Origin: Gemmata obscuriglobus
GTDB taxonomy: Bacteria; Planctomycetota; Planctomycetia; Gemmatales; Gemmataceae
DNA length: 32,000 bases
Direction of reading: 5' to 3'
Assembly: GCF_008065095.1 (NCBI RefSeq)
Contig: NZ_CP042911.1
Coordinates: 4,890,001 to 4,922,000 of the forward strand
Below, piece after piece: positions 24,990-32,000 of the stretch; within the stretch, counting starts at the first letter, position 1; each line of letters starts with the position of its first letter. The position numbers were made by a program, and so were the translations under genes. The notes below the pieces were generated by a model. The model saw only the letters and a list, made by a program, of their open reading frames with translations. It did not search any database and had not been told where the DNA came from.

Positions 24990-26885
24990 TCACCCCAGTT
25001 TGAATGCCTCGGTCAGGCACGCGAGCGCCTCCTCGCCGCGCGCGCGCTCCACCACCACCCCGACGCACACCTCACTGGTGTTGATCATCGCGATGTTGAT
25101 GCCCTTCGCGGCCAGCGCGCCGAACATCGTCTTCGCCACCCCGGTGTGGGTACGCATCCCGACCCCGAGCACGAACAGCACCGAGATGTCGCCGTCGCCG
25201 ACCACCCGGCACCCGGGGTCGATCTCGCGCACCACGTCCTGCGTGCGCTTCAGGGCGCGGGTCAGGTCCGCGCGCGGCACGGTGAACGACAGCTCCGCCT
25301 TCGCCGGGCCGCTCTGGTTCTGGACGATCATGTCCACCAGGATGCCGCCGGTCGCGACCGCGTTGAACACCTTCGAGCAGTTCCCGGGTTGGTCCGGCAG
25401 GTCGTAAATGGTGATGCGGCTCTGCTCGTTGTTGAGTTGCACGCCGCTCACGAGCACGTCTTCCATCCCGGCGAGCCGGGCGATGGCCGCCTCGCGCTCG
25501 GTCTTCGCGGGCAGCACGAGCGGGACGAGCCGCGGCTTAAATTCGCCGTGCGCTGCCGGCTGCGCCCCCGCGCCTTTGCGCGGCTGCGCCAGCGCGAACG
25601 CCGCGTGGACCGCCCGCAAGGCCCGGCGCCCGCGGACCGCCTTCTTGCTCTCCAAGTGCGCCTTCTTGATCGGCTCGGCCGGCCCCGGTTCGATCACCGC
25701 CGACTCGGCCGCGCCGTCCTCCTCCACCAGCACGCTGATCTTGATGTCGCCGGTGGTGATCATCTTGAGGTTCACGCCCTCGGCCGCCAGCGCCTGAAAC
25801 ATGCGCTCGGCGACGCCCGAAATCGCCCGCATCCCGGCCCCCACCACCGACACCTTGCTCACCTTGCCGGTCTCGTTGAGCGTCGCCCCGAGTTCGCCCA
25901 CGATCGGCCCCAGGATCTTCTTCGTGCGGTCCAGTTCGGTGTTCAGCACGGTGAACCCGATGGTCGCCTTGCCCCCGATCCCGACGCTCTGTGCGATCAT
26001 GTCCACCGCGATGTTGGCGTCCGCCAGCGCGGCGAAGATGCGGTGGCTCACCCCCGGCCGGTCGGGCACGCCTTCGAGCAGCAGGCGCGACTCGTCGGCC
26101 GCCAGAGCGACCCCGCAGGCCGGGATCTCGCTCATCCACGGCGCCTCGGGCATGATCCAGGTCCCGACGGCGTCGGACTTCGCGTTCCGCACCATCAGCG
26201 GCACGTCGAACTTCTTCGCGAACTCGATGGACCGCGAGTGCATCACCCCGGCGCCCATGCTGGCCATCTCCAGCATCTCGTCGTAGCTGATGGCGTCCAT
26301 CTTGCGGGCGTCGGGCACGATCCGCGGGTCGGTGGTGTACACGCCGTCCACGTCGGTGTAGATCTCGCACTCCACCTCGTAACCCGCGAGCTTGACCGCC
26401 GCCGCCACCGCCACGGCGGTGGTGTCGCTGCCGCCGCGGCCCAGGGTGGAGATGTCGCCCTGCTCGTCGATCCCCTGGAACCCGGCCAGCACGACAATGT
26501 GCCCGCTGTCGAGCGCCTCGCAGAGCCGCTGCGTGTCGATCTTCTTGATGCGGGCTTTGCGGTGGGTGCTGTCCGTGACGATGCCCACCTGCGGGCCGGT
26601 GAAGCTGACCGCCCGCTCGCCGAGTTCCTGAATCGCCATCGCGGTGAGGGCGATGCTGATCTGCTCCCCCGTGGCGAGCAGCATGTCCATTTCGCGGGCC
26701 GACGGCTCGGAGGTGATCTCCGCGGCCTTCGCGATCAGGTCGTCGGTGGTGCTGCCCTGCGCGGACACCACCACAATCACGCTGTTGCCAGCGTGTTTGG
26801 CCCGGATCGCCTTGCGCGCCGCTTCCATCACGCTCTCGGCGTCCTTAACACTCGAACCGCCGAACTTCTGAACCACGACGCCCAC
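24990..26885 (-). CDS. lysC: Aspartate kinase, long form with two tandem ACT-ACT regulatory modules
   Basis: Catalytic motifs VVQKFGGSSV, VVVVSAQGSTTDDL, LGRGGSDTTAVAVAAAV and IYTDVDGVYTTDPR. Four ACT-like segments follow: LLLEGVPDRPGVSHRIF..., VSVVGAGMRAISGVAERMF..., ITIYDLPDQPGNCSKVF..., LFVLGVGMRTHTGVAKTMF.... GTG start; 631 aa. Confidence 0.9.
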   Translation of the reverse strand: MGVVVQKFGGSSVKDAESVMEAARKAIRAKHAGNSVIVVVSAQGSTTDDLIAKAAEITSEPSAREMDMLLATGEQISIALTAMAIQELGERAVSFTGPQVGIVTDSTHRKARIKKIDTQRLCEALDSGHIVVLAGFQGIDEQGDISTLGRGGSDTTAVAVAAAVKLAGYEVECEIYTDVDGVYTTDPRIVPDARKMDAISYDEMLEMASMGAGVMHSRSIEFAKKFDVPLMVRNAKSDAVGTWIMPEAPWMSEIPACGVALAADESRLLLEGVPDRPGVSHRIFAALADANIAVDMIAQSVGIGGKATIGFTVLNTELDRTKKILGPIVGELGATLNETGKVSKVSVVGAGMRAISGVAERMFQALAAEGVNLKMITTGDIKISVLVEEDGAAESAVIEPGPAEPIKKAHLESKKAVRGRRALRAVHAAFALAQPRKGAGAQPAAHGEFKPRLVPLVLPAKTEREAAIARLAGMEDVLVSGVQLNNEQSRITIYDLPDQPGNCSKVFNAVATGGILVDMIVQNQSGPAKAELSFTVPRADLTRALKRTQDVVREIDPGCRVVGDGDISVLFVLGVGMRTHTGVAKTMFGALAAKGINIAMINTSEVCVGVVVERARGEEALACLTEAFKLG

Positions 26886-26926
26886 GGTACGCCCCCACTC
26901 GGTTGAGCTTGAACTTCACGGGCTGT

Positions 26927-26935
26927 TGTATACCA
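26927..26935 (-). promoter_or_regulatory. Candidate extended -10-like element (TGGTATACA on the minus strand) upstream of lysC
   Basis: The reverse complement of tgtatacca lies ~41 nt upstream of GTG 26885. It resembles the TGnTACAAT motifs at 9788 and 28872. Confidence 0.2.
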
Positions 26936-27489
26936 CTCTGGCAGGCCGGGCGCCGCTTGCATTCGGCTTCGCACAACGCCCCGTTCCAACCTCAATTTCC
27001 GTCTCGCGGCACTTCCAATACGTCCGAATCGTGGTCCACGAAACGAATCGGAACCGCGATCCCGTGTCCGACGCGACGCTCCTCAAGCCACGCCAATCAG
27101 CCTTAACTAAATTCAGCACAAAATTTTACACCACATCACTCGAACGCCGCCGGGGCCGACCTCGGCTCGTTCCGGCGGGGCAAACTGGGGCTCGGAGGGC
27201 GTGATTCGGTGGTAGCGATCACCCAGCGAATCGCCAGTCCGTGACCAGTTCTCGCACCAGCAGGTGTCCCGTCGCAGGCCTGTCGGAGTCCACCAGTCGG
27301 CACTGTAACCCCCGTTACAGCGCCGGGAAGCGGGCACGCGCCCGGCGCGAACGGTCCAGACCGAGGCCGCATCGCCAACCGCCCTCCAACGTTTGCGGGT
27401 CTTGAACGCGGGCGCGTTGCGGTGCCGGGCCGATTTCGGTACCCTCTTTCCAAGCCTGCCACAAACTCCCGCGCCGAGGTATCCCCACC

Positions 27490-28767
27490 GTGAATCACAG
27501 ACTCCTCCTTTCCGCATTCGTCGCCGCTGCGTGTGCGGCGGGTGCCAGCGCCGACAACTGGCCCCAGTGGCGCGGGCTGAAGAACGACGGCCGCTCCACC
27601 GAGACGAACCTGCCGACCGAATGGGGCGCCGACAAGAACGTCGTGTGGAAGCTGCCGATGCCCGGTATGGGCGCCAGCACACCCGTCGTGTGGGGCAACC
27701 AGATCTTCCTCACGTCCGTCGCGGGCGACGACATCGTCCTGCTCTGCGCCGGCACCGACGGTAAAGAGAAGTGGCGGCGGCCGGTCTCCTCGACGGGGGC
27801 GACCCGGTACAAGAACCCGTCCGGGGCCGACGCGTCGGACGCGTCCGCCTCCTGCTCGACAGATGGCAAGCACGTGTGGGCGTTCGCCGGCAACGGCTCG
27901 CTCGCCTGCTTCACCACCGACGGTAAGGAGGTGTGGAAAGAGGACCTCCAGAAATACGGCAAGTTCCGCATTCAGTTCGGCATTCACTGGACCCCTGTGC
28001 TGTACAAAGACAAGTTGTACTTGCAAGTGATGCACCGCGGCGCGCAACTCGTCGTCGCGCTCGACGCCGCAACGGGTAAAGAAGTTTGGAAAAAGGACCG
28101 CCCGGGTTACAGCAAGGGCGAGAGCCCCGATGTGTACGCGTCCGCCTGCATCTGGGAGGGCGAGGGGGGGCCGCTCCTGATCGCGCACGGCAACGACTTT
28201 TGCACCGCGCACAATCTCGACGACGGATCGGAGGTGTGGCGCGTCACCGGGCTGAACCCGAACGCCAGCGGCGCGTGGCGGTTCGTGTCCAACCCGCTGG
28301 TCACCCCGGACCTGATCGTGGTTCCGTCCTGCAAGGACGGCCCGACGGTGGGGATCAACCCCGTGGGTGCGAAGGGTGAAATCACCCCGGACAACAAGGC
28401 GGAACTGTGGCGGGTCCCGGCGAGCGCCAACTTCCGCACGCCGGACGTGGTGGCCCCGGTGCGGATCGACGACATCGTGTACATCACCGGGCACGGCCCG
28501 TTCTGGGCGCTGGATGCCAAAACCGGCAAGGTCCTTTACAGGGAGAACTTGTCGAAGGGGTCGCACTGGGCCAACCTGGTGGCGGGCGACGGCAAGGTGT
28601 ACGTCACGTCGCAGGAAGGGGTTACAGACGTGGTCGCGGCCGGCAAGGACTTCAAGAAGCTGGCGACCAACGCCCTGCCGGACAAGATCTTCGCCGGTCC
28701 GGCGATCGCCGACGGGCGGATCTACTTCCGCGGGTACGGACACCTCTGGGCGATTGGAACCAAGTAG
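27490..28767 (+). CDS. PQQ-like beta-propeller repeat protein (BamB-like family), secreted
   Basis: Signal peptide MNHRLLLSAFVAAACAAGASA is followed by DNWPQWRG. Repeated propeller blades are present (ALDAATGKEVWK, NLDDGSEVWR, ALDAKTGKVLY). GTG start. Confidence 0.85.
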   Translation: MNHRLLLSAFVAAACAAGASADNWPQWRGLKNDGRSTETNLPTEWGADKNVVWKLPMPGMGASTPVVWGNQIFLTSVAGDDIVLLCAGTDGKEKWRRPVSSTGATRYKNPSGADASDASASCSTDGKHVWAFAGNGSLACFTTDGKEVWKEDLQKYGKFRIQFGIHWTPVLYKDKLYLQVMHRGAQLVVALDAATGKEVWKKDRPGYSKGESPDVYASACIWEGEGGPLLIAHGNDFCTAHNLDDGSEVWRVTGLNPNASGAWRFVSNPLVTPDLIVVPSCKDGPTVGINPVGAKGEITPDNKAELWRVPASANFRTPDVVAPVRIDDIVYITGHGPFWALDAKTGKVLYRENLSKGSHWANLVAGDGKVYVTSQEGVTDVVAAGKDFKKLATNALPDKIFAGPAIADGRIYFRGYGHLWAIGTK

Positions 28768-28871
28768 TCCCCGTTACGAAAACGCTCCCAGCAGAATCGT
28801 GCGTTCGCCGACACGACGGTACGAAAGCCGCCGGCCTCGCACGTTTCTGTTCCATGAGCCCACGGCTCGAC

Positions 28872-28880
28872 TGCTACAAT
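28872..28880 (+). promoter_or_regulatory. Candidate extended -10 promoter element (TGCTACAAT) for the PAS sensor gene
   Basis: A TGnTACAAT motif lies 74 nt upstream of ATG 28954. Confidence 0.3.
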
Positions 28881-28953
28881 AACCCCATTCGCACCTGCAG
28901 CGCACGAACCCGCCGGTGTCGTGTAAGCCGGGTCATCGCGGTTTTAAGTCTCA

Positions 28954-31900
28954 ATGTCCACCGTTGTCCACGCTCCGGAAGACGTGTCGTGCCGGGTCGT
29001 GGGCGGCGTGCTCGCTCACATCCGGCGCCGGGGGCGCCCGACCGAACCGCTCACTCGCGGGCTCAGCCGAACGCTCAGCGACCTGCTCGACCCGGCCGGC
29101 ATGATTTCGTGGGATGAGTTCCTGGCGTTCGTCCGAAACTGTTCGGCCGAATTGACTTCCGAACGGGCCGCGGAGTTAGGTGCGGCGCTCGGCGACTCGC
29201 CCTACCTGCGTCCGCTACTGCTGACCGCCGGGCGGCGGGCGAACCCGGCCCGTTACTACGAGTGGCTCGCCGAACCGCGGGACGGGGCCGCGAAGCACCT
29301 GTTCCCGTGCCTCGACGCACACCTGACGAGAATCGGGGAGCGCGAGCTCCTTCTCACGATCACCCCGCGCACGGGCCGCAAGCGCCCGCCGGACCAGTTT
29401 TGGGATGTCGTCGGGCGGGCGCTCGGCGCGCTGCCGCTCTATTTCGGACTGGCGGCGGCCCGAGTGGAGCGGGAGCCCTCGGAAACGGGCGCGGCGTTCC
29501 GGATCGGCCTTCCCCGGCGCCGCCCGTTCCGGTTCGCGCTCACCTGGCTCGCGTCCTGGCTCCGCGGGGACGCCCCCGGCGACGCCCGCGCCGTTCTGGC
29601 CCTGGCCCACGAGCGGGCCAAGCGGCACCGGGCCGAGTCCGCGCTGATGCACGCCCGGCGGCGGTTCGATCAGGTCGCCGATGTGGTGCCCGGGGTGGTG
29701 TTCCAGTACGTCCAGCCCTCCGGCGGAACCGAACGGTTCGCGTTCGTGAGCGCCGGGGTCCGTGACCTGATCGGGGCCAAACCGGCCGAGGTCGAGGCCG
29801 ACCCGCAACGCCTCTGGGGGGCGGTCCACCCGGACGACCGGTCGGCGATACCGGCGTCCTTCGCCGTCGCCCAGAAGGCCGGTTCGCCGTGGGCCGCGGA
29901 GTTCCGCGTCGCCGCCCGGGACGGGGCCGTGAAGTGGGTCCGCGGGCGCGCGGTTCCGGCGCCGGCCGAAGGCACCGGTGGGGTCGTGTGGAACGGGCTC
30001 CTGACCGACGTGACGGCCGAGAAGCGGGTCGAGGAGCAGGTGCGGGCGCAGGCCGCGCGGCTGGAAGCGCTGACGACCAACGCTCACGTTCACATCATCG
30101 AACTGGACCGCGCCGGGGTCGTTCAGTACGTGACCCGCACGTCGGCCGGGCGCGCACCGTCGGATGTGCTGGGGCGCCGGCTCATCGACTTCCTGGTCGA
30201 AGCGGACCGCGGTCCGATCGCGAAGGCCACGGCCACCGTGTTCGAAACCGGCCGCGCGGTCACCGCCCTGCACTTTACGGCCCCGGACGGCCGCGGCGAG
30301 CCGCGCACCTACACCGGGACCCTCTCGCCCGTCCCGGTGCGAGCCGGCGCTCCGGTCGAGCGGGTCGCGCTGGCCGCGTTCGACGTGACGGACCGCAAGC
30401 GCGCCGAGGACGAGCGGCGGCGCATCTCCGAGGAGTACACGAACCTGTTCGAGCGGGCCGTGATCGGCGTGTTCCGGTCCACCCGCGCGGGCCGGTACCT
30501 GGCGGCGAACGCGGCCCTCGCTCGCCTCTTCGGGTACGCCTCGGCCGCGGACCTCATCGCCGGCGTGACCGACATCAGCGCCCAGTTGTACGCGGACCCG
30601 CGGGACCGGGCCGAGTTCCTCCGGCGGCTGAGCGCGAGCGGCGAGGTGTCCGGCTTCGAGTGCGAGGGGCGGCGCCGGGACGGGACCCCGATCTGGGTTC
30701 GGTTGGACGCGCGGGCGGTGAGCGGCCCGGACGGGGCCGTTTGTTACCTCGAAGGGTTCGTTCAAGATGTCACCGACCGGAAGCGGGCCGAGGACGCCCT
30801 GCGGCAAAACGAAGAGCGGCTCCGGCAGGCGGCGCGGCTGACCGGGTTCGGGGTGTTCGACCACGACCACCGGACCGGGAGCCTGTACTGGTCCCCGCGG
30901 GCGTGCGAGATCCACGACTGGCCGACGGACCGGGAGCCGGACCTGGGCGTCGTCACGGAGCGGGTACACCCGGACGACCGGGAGGCGCTGGTCGGGGCGG
31001 TCGCCCGGGCCCACGACCCGGCCGGGAACGGAATGTTCTCGTGCGAGTACCGGATCGTTCGCCCCGACGGCCGGGTGCGCTGGGTCCGGGGCAGCGCGCA
31101 GACCACGTTCGCCGGAACCGGGGCGGGCCGCCGACCGGACCGCACCATCGGGGCCGTTTTGGACGTGACCGAGGCCCACGAGGCGGAGGACGCGCTGCGG
31201 GCCAGCGAGGAGCGGCTCCGGCTCGCGCTGGCGGCGGCCCGGATGGGCACGTTCGACTGGGACCTGCGGGCCGGCCGGGGGGTGTGGTCGGACACGCACT
31301 ACGAGTTGCTCGGGTACCCGCCTGGTGACCGCTTCCCCGTGCGGTTCCACCACTTCATGGACCGGCTGCACCCGGACGACCGGGGCCACGTCGAGACCCT
31401 GATGCGGGCGGCACAGGAGGCCCGCCGCCCGTTCACGAGCGAGGCCCGGGTGGCGCTCCCGGACGGGTCGGTGCGGTGGGTGCTCGGGAGCGGCGAGTTC
31501 CGGTACGCCGCGGACGGGACCGCGGTCCGGATGGTGGGCACCGCGCTCGACATCACCGACCGGAAGCGGGCCGAGGACGCGCTCCGGGAGAGCGAGGAGC
31601 GGTTCCGCAACATGGCCGACCACGCCCCGGTCATGGTGTGGGTGACTGAGGCCGACGGGCGGTGTTCGTTCCTGAGTCAGTCGTGGTACGAGTTCACCGG
31701 GCAGGCGCGCGGCGCGGGGCACGGGTTCGGCTGGCTCGACGCCGTCCACCCGGACGACCGCGGGGGGGTGGAGCGGGCGTTCCTGGCGGCCAACGCGACC
31801 GGCGCGCGGTTCGCCGCCGATTACCGGCTGCGGGACCGGGGCGGCGCGTACCGGTGGGTGCTCGACTCGGCCGCGCCGCGGCGCGGGGCGGGCGGCGCGT

Positions 31901-32000
31901 TACTCGGGTACATCGGCTCGGTGCTCGACATCACCGACCGGAAGCGGGCCGAGGACGCGCTCCGGGAGAGCGAGCGCCGGCTGACCCTGGCCATCAGCGC
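28954..32000 (+). CDS. Multi-PAS/PAC sensor protein (probable sensor histidine kinase; 3' end outside the window)
   Basis: Frame 1 was checked codon by codon and has no stop from ATG 28954 to the window end (over 1015 codons). There are at least six PAS/PAC modules. Each ends in a (D/T)(I/V)T(D/E)-x-(K/H)-x-AE(D/E) linker, such as DITDRKRAEDALRESEERF. The ORF is absent from the track only because it has no stop inside the window. Confidence 0.85.
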   Translation, partial: MSTVVHAPEDVSCRVVGGVLAHIRRRGRPTEPLTRGLSRTLSDLLDPAGMISWDEFLAFVRNCSAELTSERAAELGAALGDSPYLRPLLLTAGRRANPARYYEWLAEPRDGAAKHLFPCLDAHLTRIGERELLLTITPRTGRKRPPDQFWDVVGRALGALPLYFGLAAARVEREPSETGAAFRIGLPRRRPFRFALTWLASWLRGDAPGDARAVLALAHERAKRHRAESALMHARRRFDQVADVVPGVVFQYVQPSGGTERFAFVSAGVRDLIGAKPAEVEADPQRLWGAVHPDDRSAIPASFAVAQKAGSPWAAEFRVAARDGAVKWVRGRAVPAPAEGTGGVVWNGLLTDVTAEKRVEEQVRAQAARLEALTTNAHVHIIELDRAGVVQYVTRTSAGRAPSDVLGRRLIDFLVEADRGPIAKATATVFETGRAVTALHFTAPDGRGEPRTYTGTLSPVPVRAGAPVERVALAAFDVTDRKRAEDERRRISEEYTNLFERAVIGVFRSTRAGRYLAANAALARLFGYASAADLIAGVTDISAQLYADPRDRAEFLRRLSASGEVSGFECEGRRRDGTPIWVRLDARAVSGPDGAVCYLEGFVQDVTDRKRAEDALRQNEERLRQAARLTGFGVFDHDHRTGSLYWSPRACEIHDWPTDREPDLGVVTERVHPDDREALVGAVARAHDPAGNGMFSCEYRIVRPDGRVRWVRGSAQTTFAGTGAGRRPDRTIGAVLDVTEAHEAEDALRASEERLRLALAAARMGTFDWDLRAGRGVWSDTHYELLGYPPGDRFPVRFHHFMDRLHPDDRGHVETLMRAAQEARRPFTSEARVALPDGSVRWVLGSGEFRYAADGTAVRMVGTALDITDRKRAEDALRESEERFRNMADHAPVMVWVTEADGRCSFLSQSWYEFTGQARGAGHGFGWLDAVHPDDRGGVERAFLAANATGARFAADYRLRDRGGAYRWVLDSAAPRRGAGGALLGYIGSVLDITDRKRAEDALRESERRLTLAIS
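31545..31596 (+). repeat. 52-nt exact intragenic direct repeat, copy 1 (PAS linker)
   Basis: gctcgacatcaccgaccggaagcgggccgaggacgcgctccgggagagcgag is identical to 31923-31974. Confidence 0.9.
31923..31974 (+). repeat. 52-nt exact intragenic direct repeat, copy 2 (PAS linker)
   Basis: Identical to 31545-31596. A 28-nt core (tcaccgaccggaagcgggccgaggacgc) also occurs at 30770-30797. Confidence 0.9.

Noticed and set aside
23395-26906. ORFs 23395-24936 (minus, 513 aa) and 24189-26906 (plus, 905 aa)
   Set aside because: They are antisense or off-frame to the Ser/Thr kinase and lysC, which carry unambiguous catalytic motifs. The shadow translations are Arg/Gly/Pro/His-rich with no motifs.
26886-27300. 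Lysine (L-box) riboswitch in the lysC leader on the minus strand
   Set aside because: Only a short GGTGCGAGAACT resemblance to the AGAGGTGCGAAC start of L-boxes was seen. It lies ~370 nt from the start codon, and the other conserved elements were not found. A -10-like motif ~41 nt from the GTG suggests a short leader.
27290-27375. Cobalamin-riboswitch-like core on the plus strand: GGCACTG, a hairpin, CCGGGAAGCGG, then GGTCCAGACCGAGGCC
   Set aside because: The CACTG-hairpin-GGGAAG arrangement resembles part of the cobalamin riboswitch (from memory). I could not find the 5' AGGGAA...GGTG..AATCC half, and the B12-box candidate matches poorly. The downstream PQQ-like gene is also not a typical B12-regulated target. 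Only an Infernal search could revive this.
29215-31749. 844-aa minus-strand ORF, and the 479-aa plus-strand ORF 29889-31328
   Set aside because: Both have Arg/Pro/Gly/Ala-dominated, low-complexity translations with no recognisable motifs. The plus-strand frame 1 over the same DNA encodes textbook PAS/PAC modules. Long antisense or off-frame ORFs are expected in GC-rich genes.
1-32000. CRISPR arrays, tRNA, rRNA, tmRNA, prophage or known defence-system genes
   Set aside because: There are no regularly spaced direct repeats, no tRNA T-loop/acceptor patterns and no rRNA-like conserved stretches. No nuclease, helicase or methylase-type genes were recognised on either strand.

Overview
GC-rich bacterial chromosomal segment (about two-thirds G+C by eye, not computed). 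The gene content points to Planctomycetota, Gemmataceae-like (inference). It includes a PSCyt/DUF1549/DUF1553 protein paired with a Tat-signal DUF1501 protein, a ~1200-aa PVC-type CxxCH heme-binding protein, a PQQ-like propeller, a Hanks-type Ser/Thr kinase and a multi-PAS sensor. Layout: (1) 1-311, tail of an ISAzo13-like transposase. (2) 492-3515, a three-gene module: a TPR-like protein divergent from an ExeA-like AAA ATPase and a BY-kinase-like P-loop protein that lacks the Walker A lysine. (3) 3588-7922, an insertion-sequence graveyard: a frameshifted ISAs1-like transposase split by an intact IS5/Harbinger-like element (19-bp IRs, AAT target duplication), an IS630-like N-terminal stub, and an intact single-ORF IS66-family element. 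(4) 7923-8468, a lower-GC non-coding stretch. (5) 8469-11660, a MOFRL glycerate kinase and a packed operon of PHP phosphoesterase, maltose O-acetyltransferase and a frameshifted alpha/beta hydrolase. (6) 11728-15958, the DUF1501/DUF1553 pair. (7) 16497-18905, a YeiH-like transporter, a 56-aa membrane ORF not in the track, and a TIM-barrel sugar-phosphate isomerase. (8) 18867-23119, a secreted hypothetical protein and the PVC heme protein. (9) 23449-24843, the Ser/Thr kinase. (10) 24990-26885, a long-form aspartokinase with four ACT domains. (11) 27490-28767, the PQQ-like propeller. (12) 28954-32000, a multi-PAS sensor missing from the ORF track because it runs off the window. No rRNA, tRNA or CRISPR array was recognised. 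Many long ORFs in the track are antisense or off-frame shadows of GC-rich genes. The most system-like unexplained item is the IS-flanked TPR / ExeA-like / pseudo-BY-kinase module. No search could be run, so all family names rest on motif recognition from memory.
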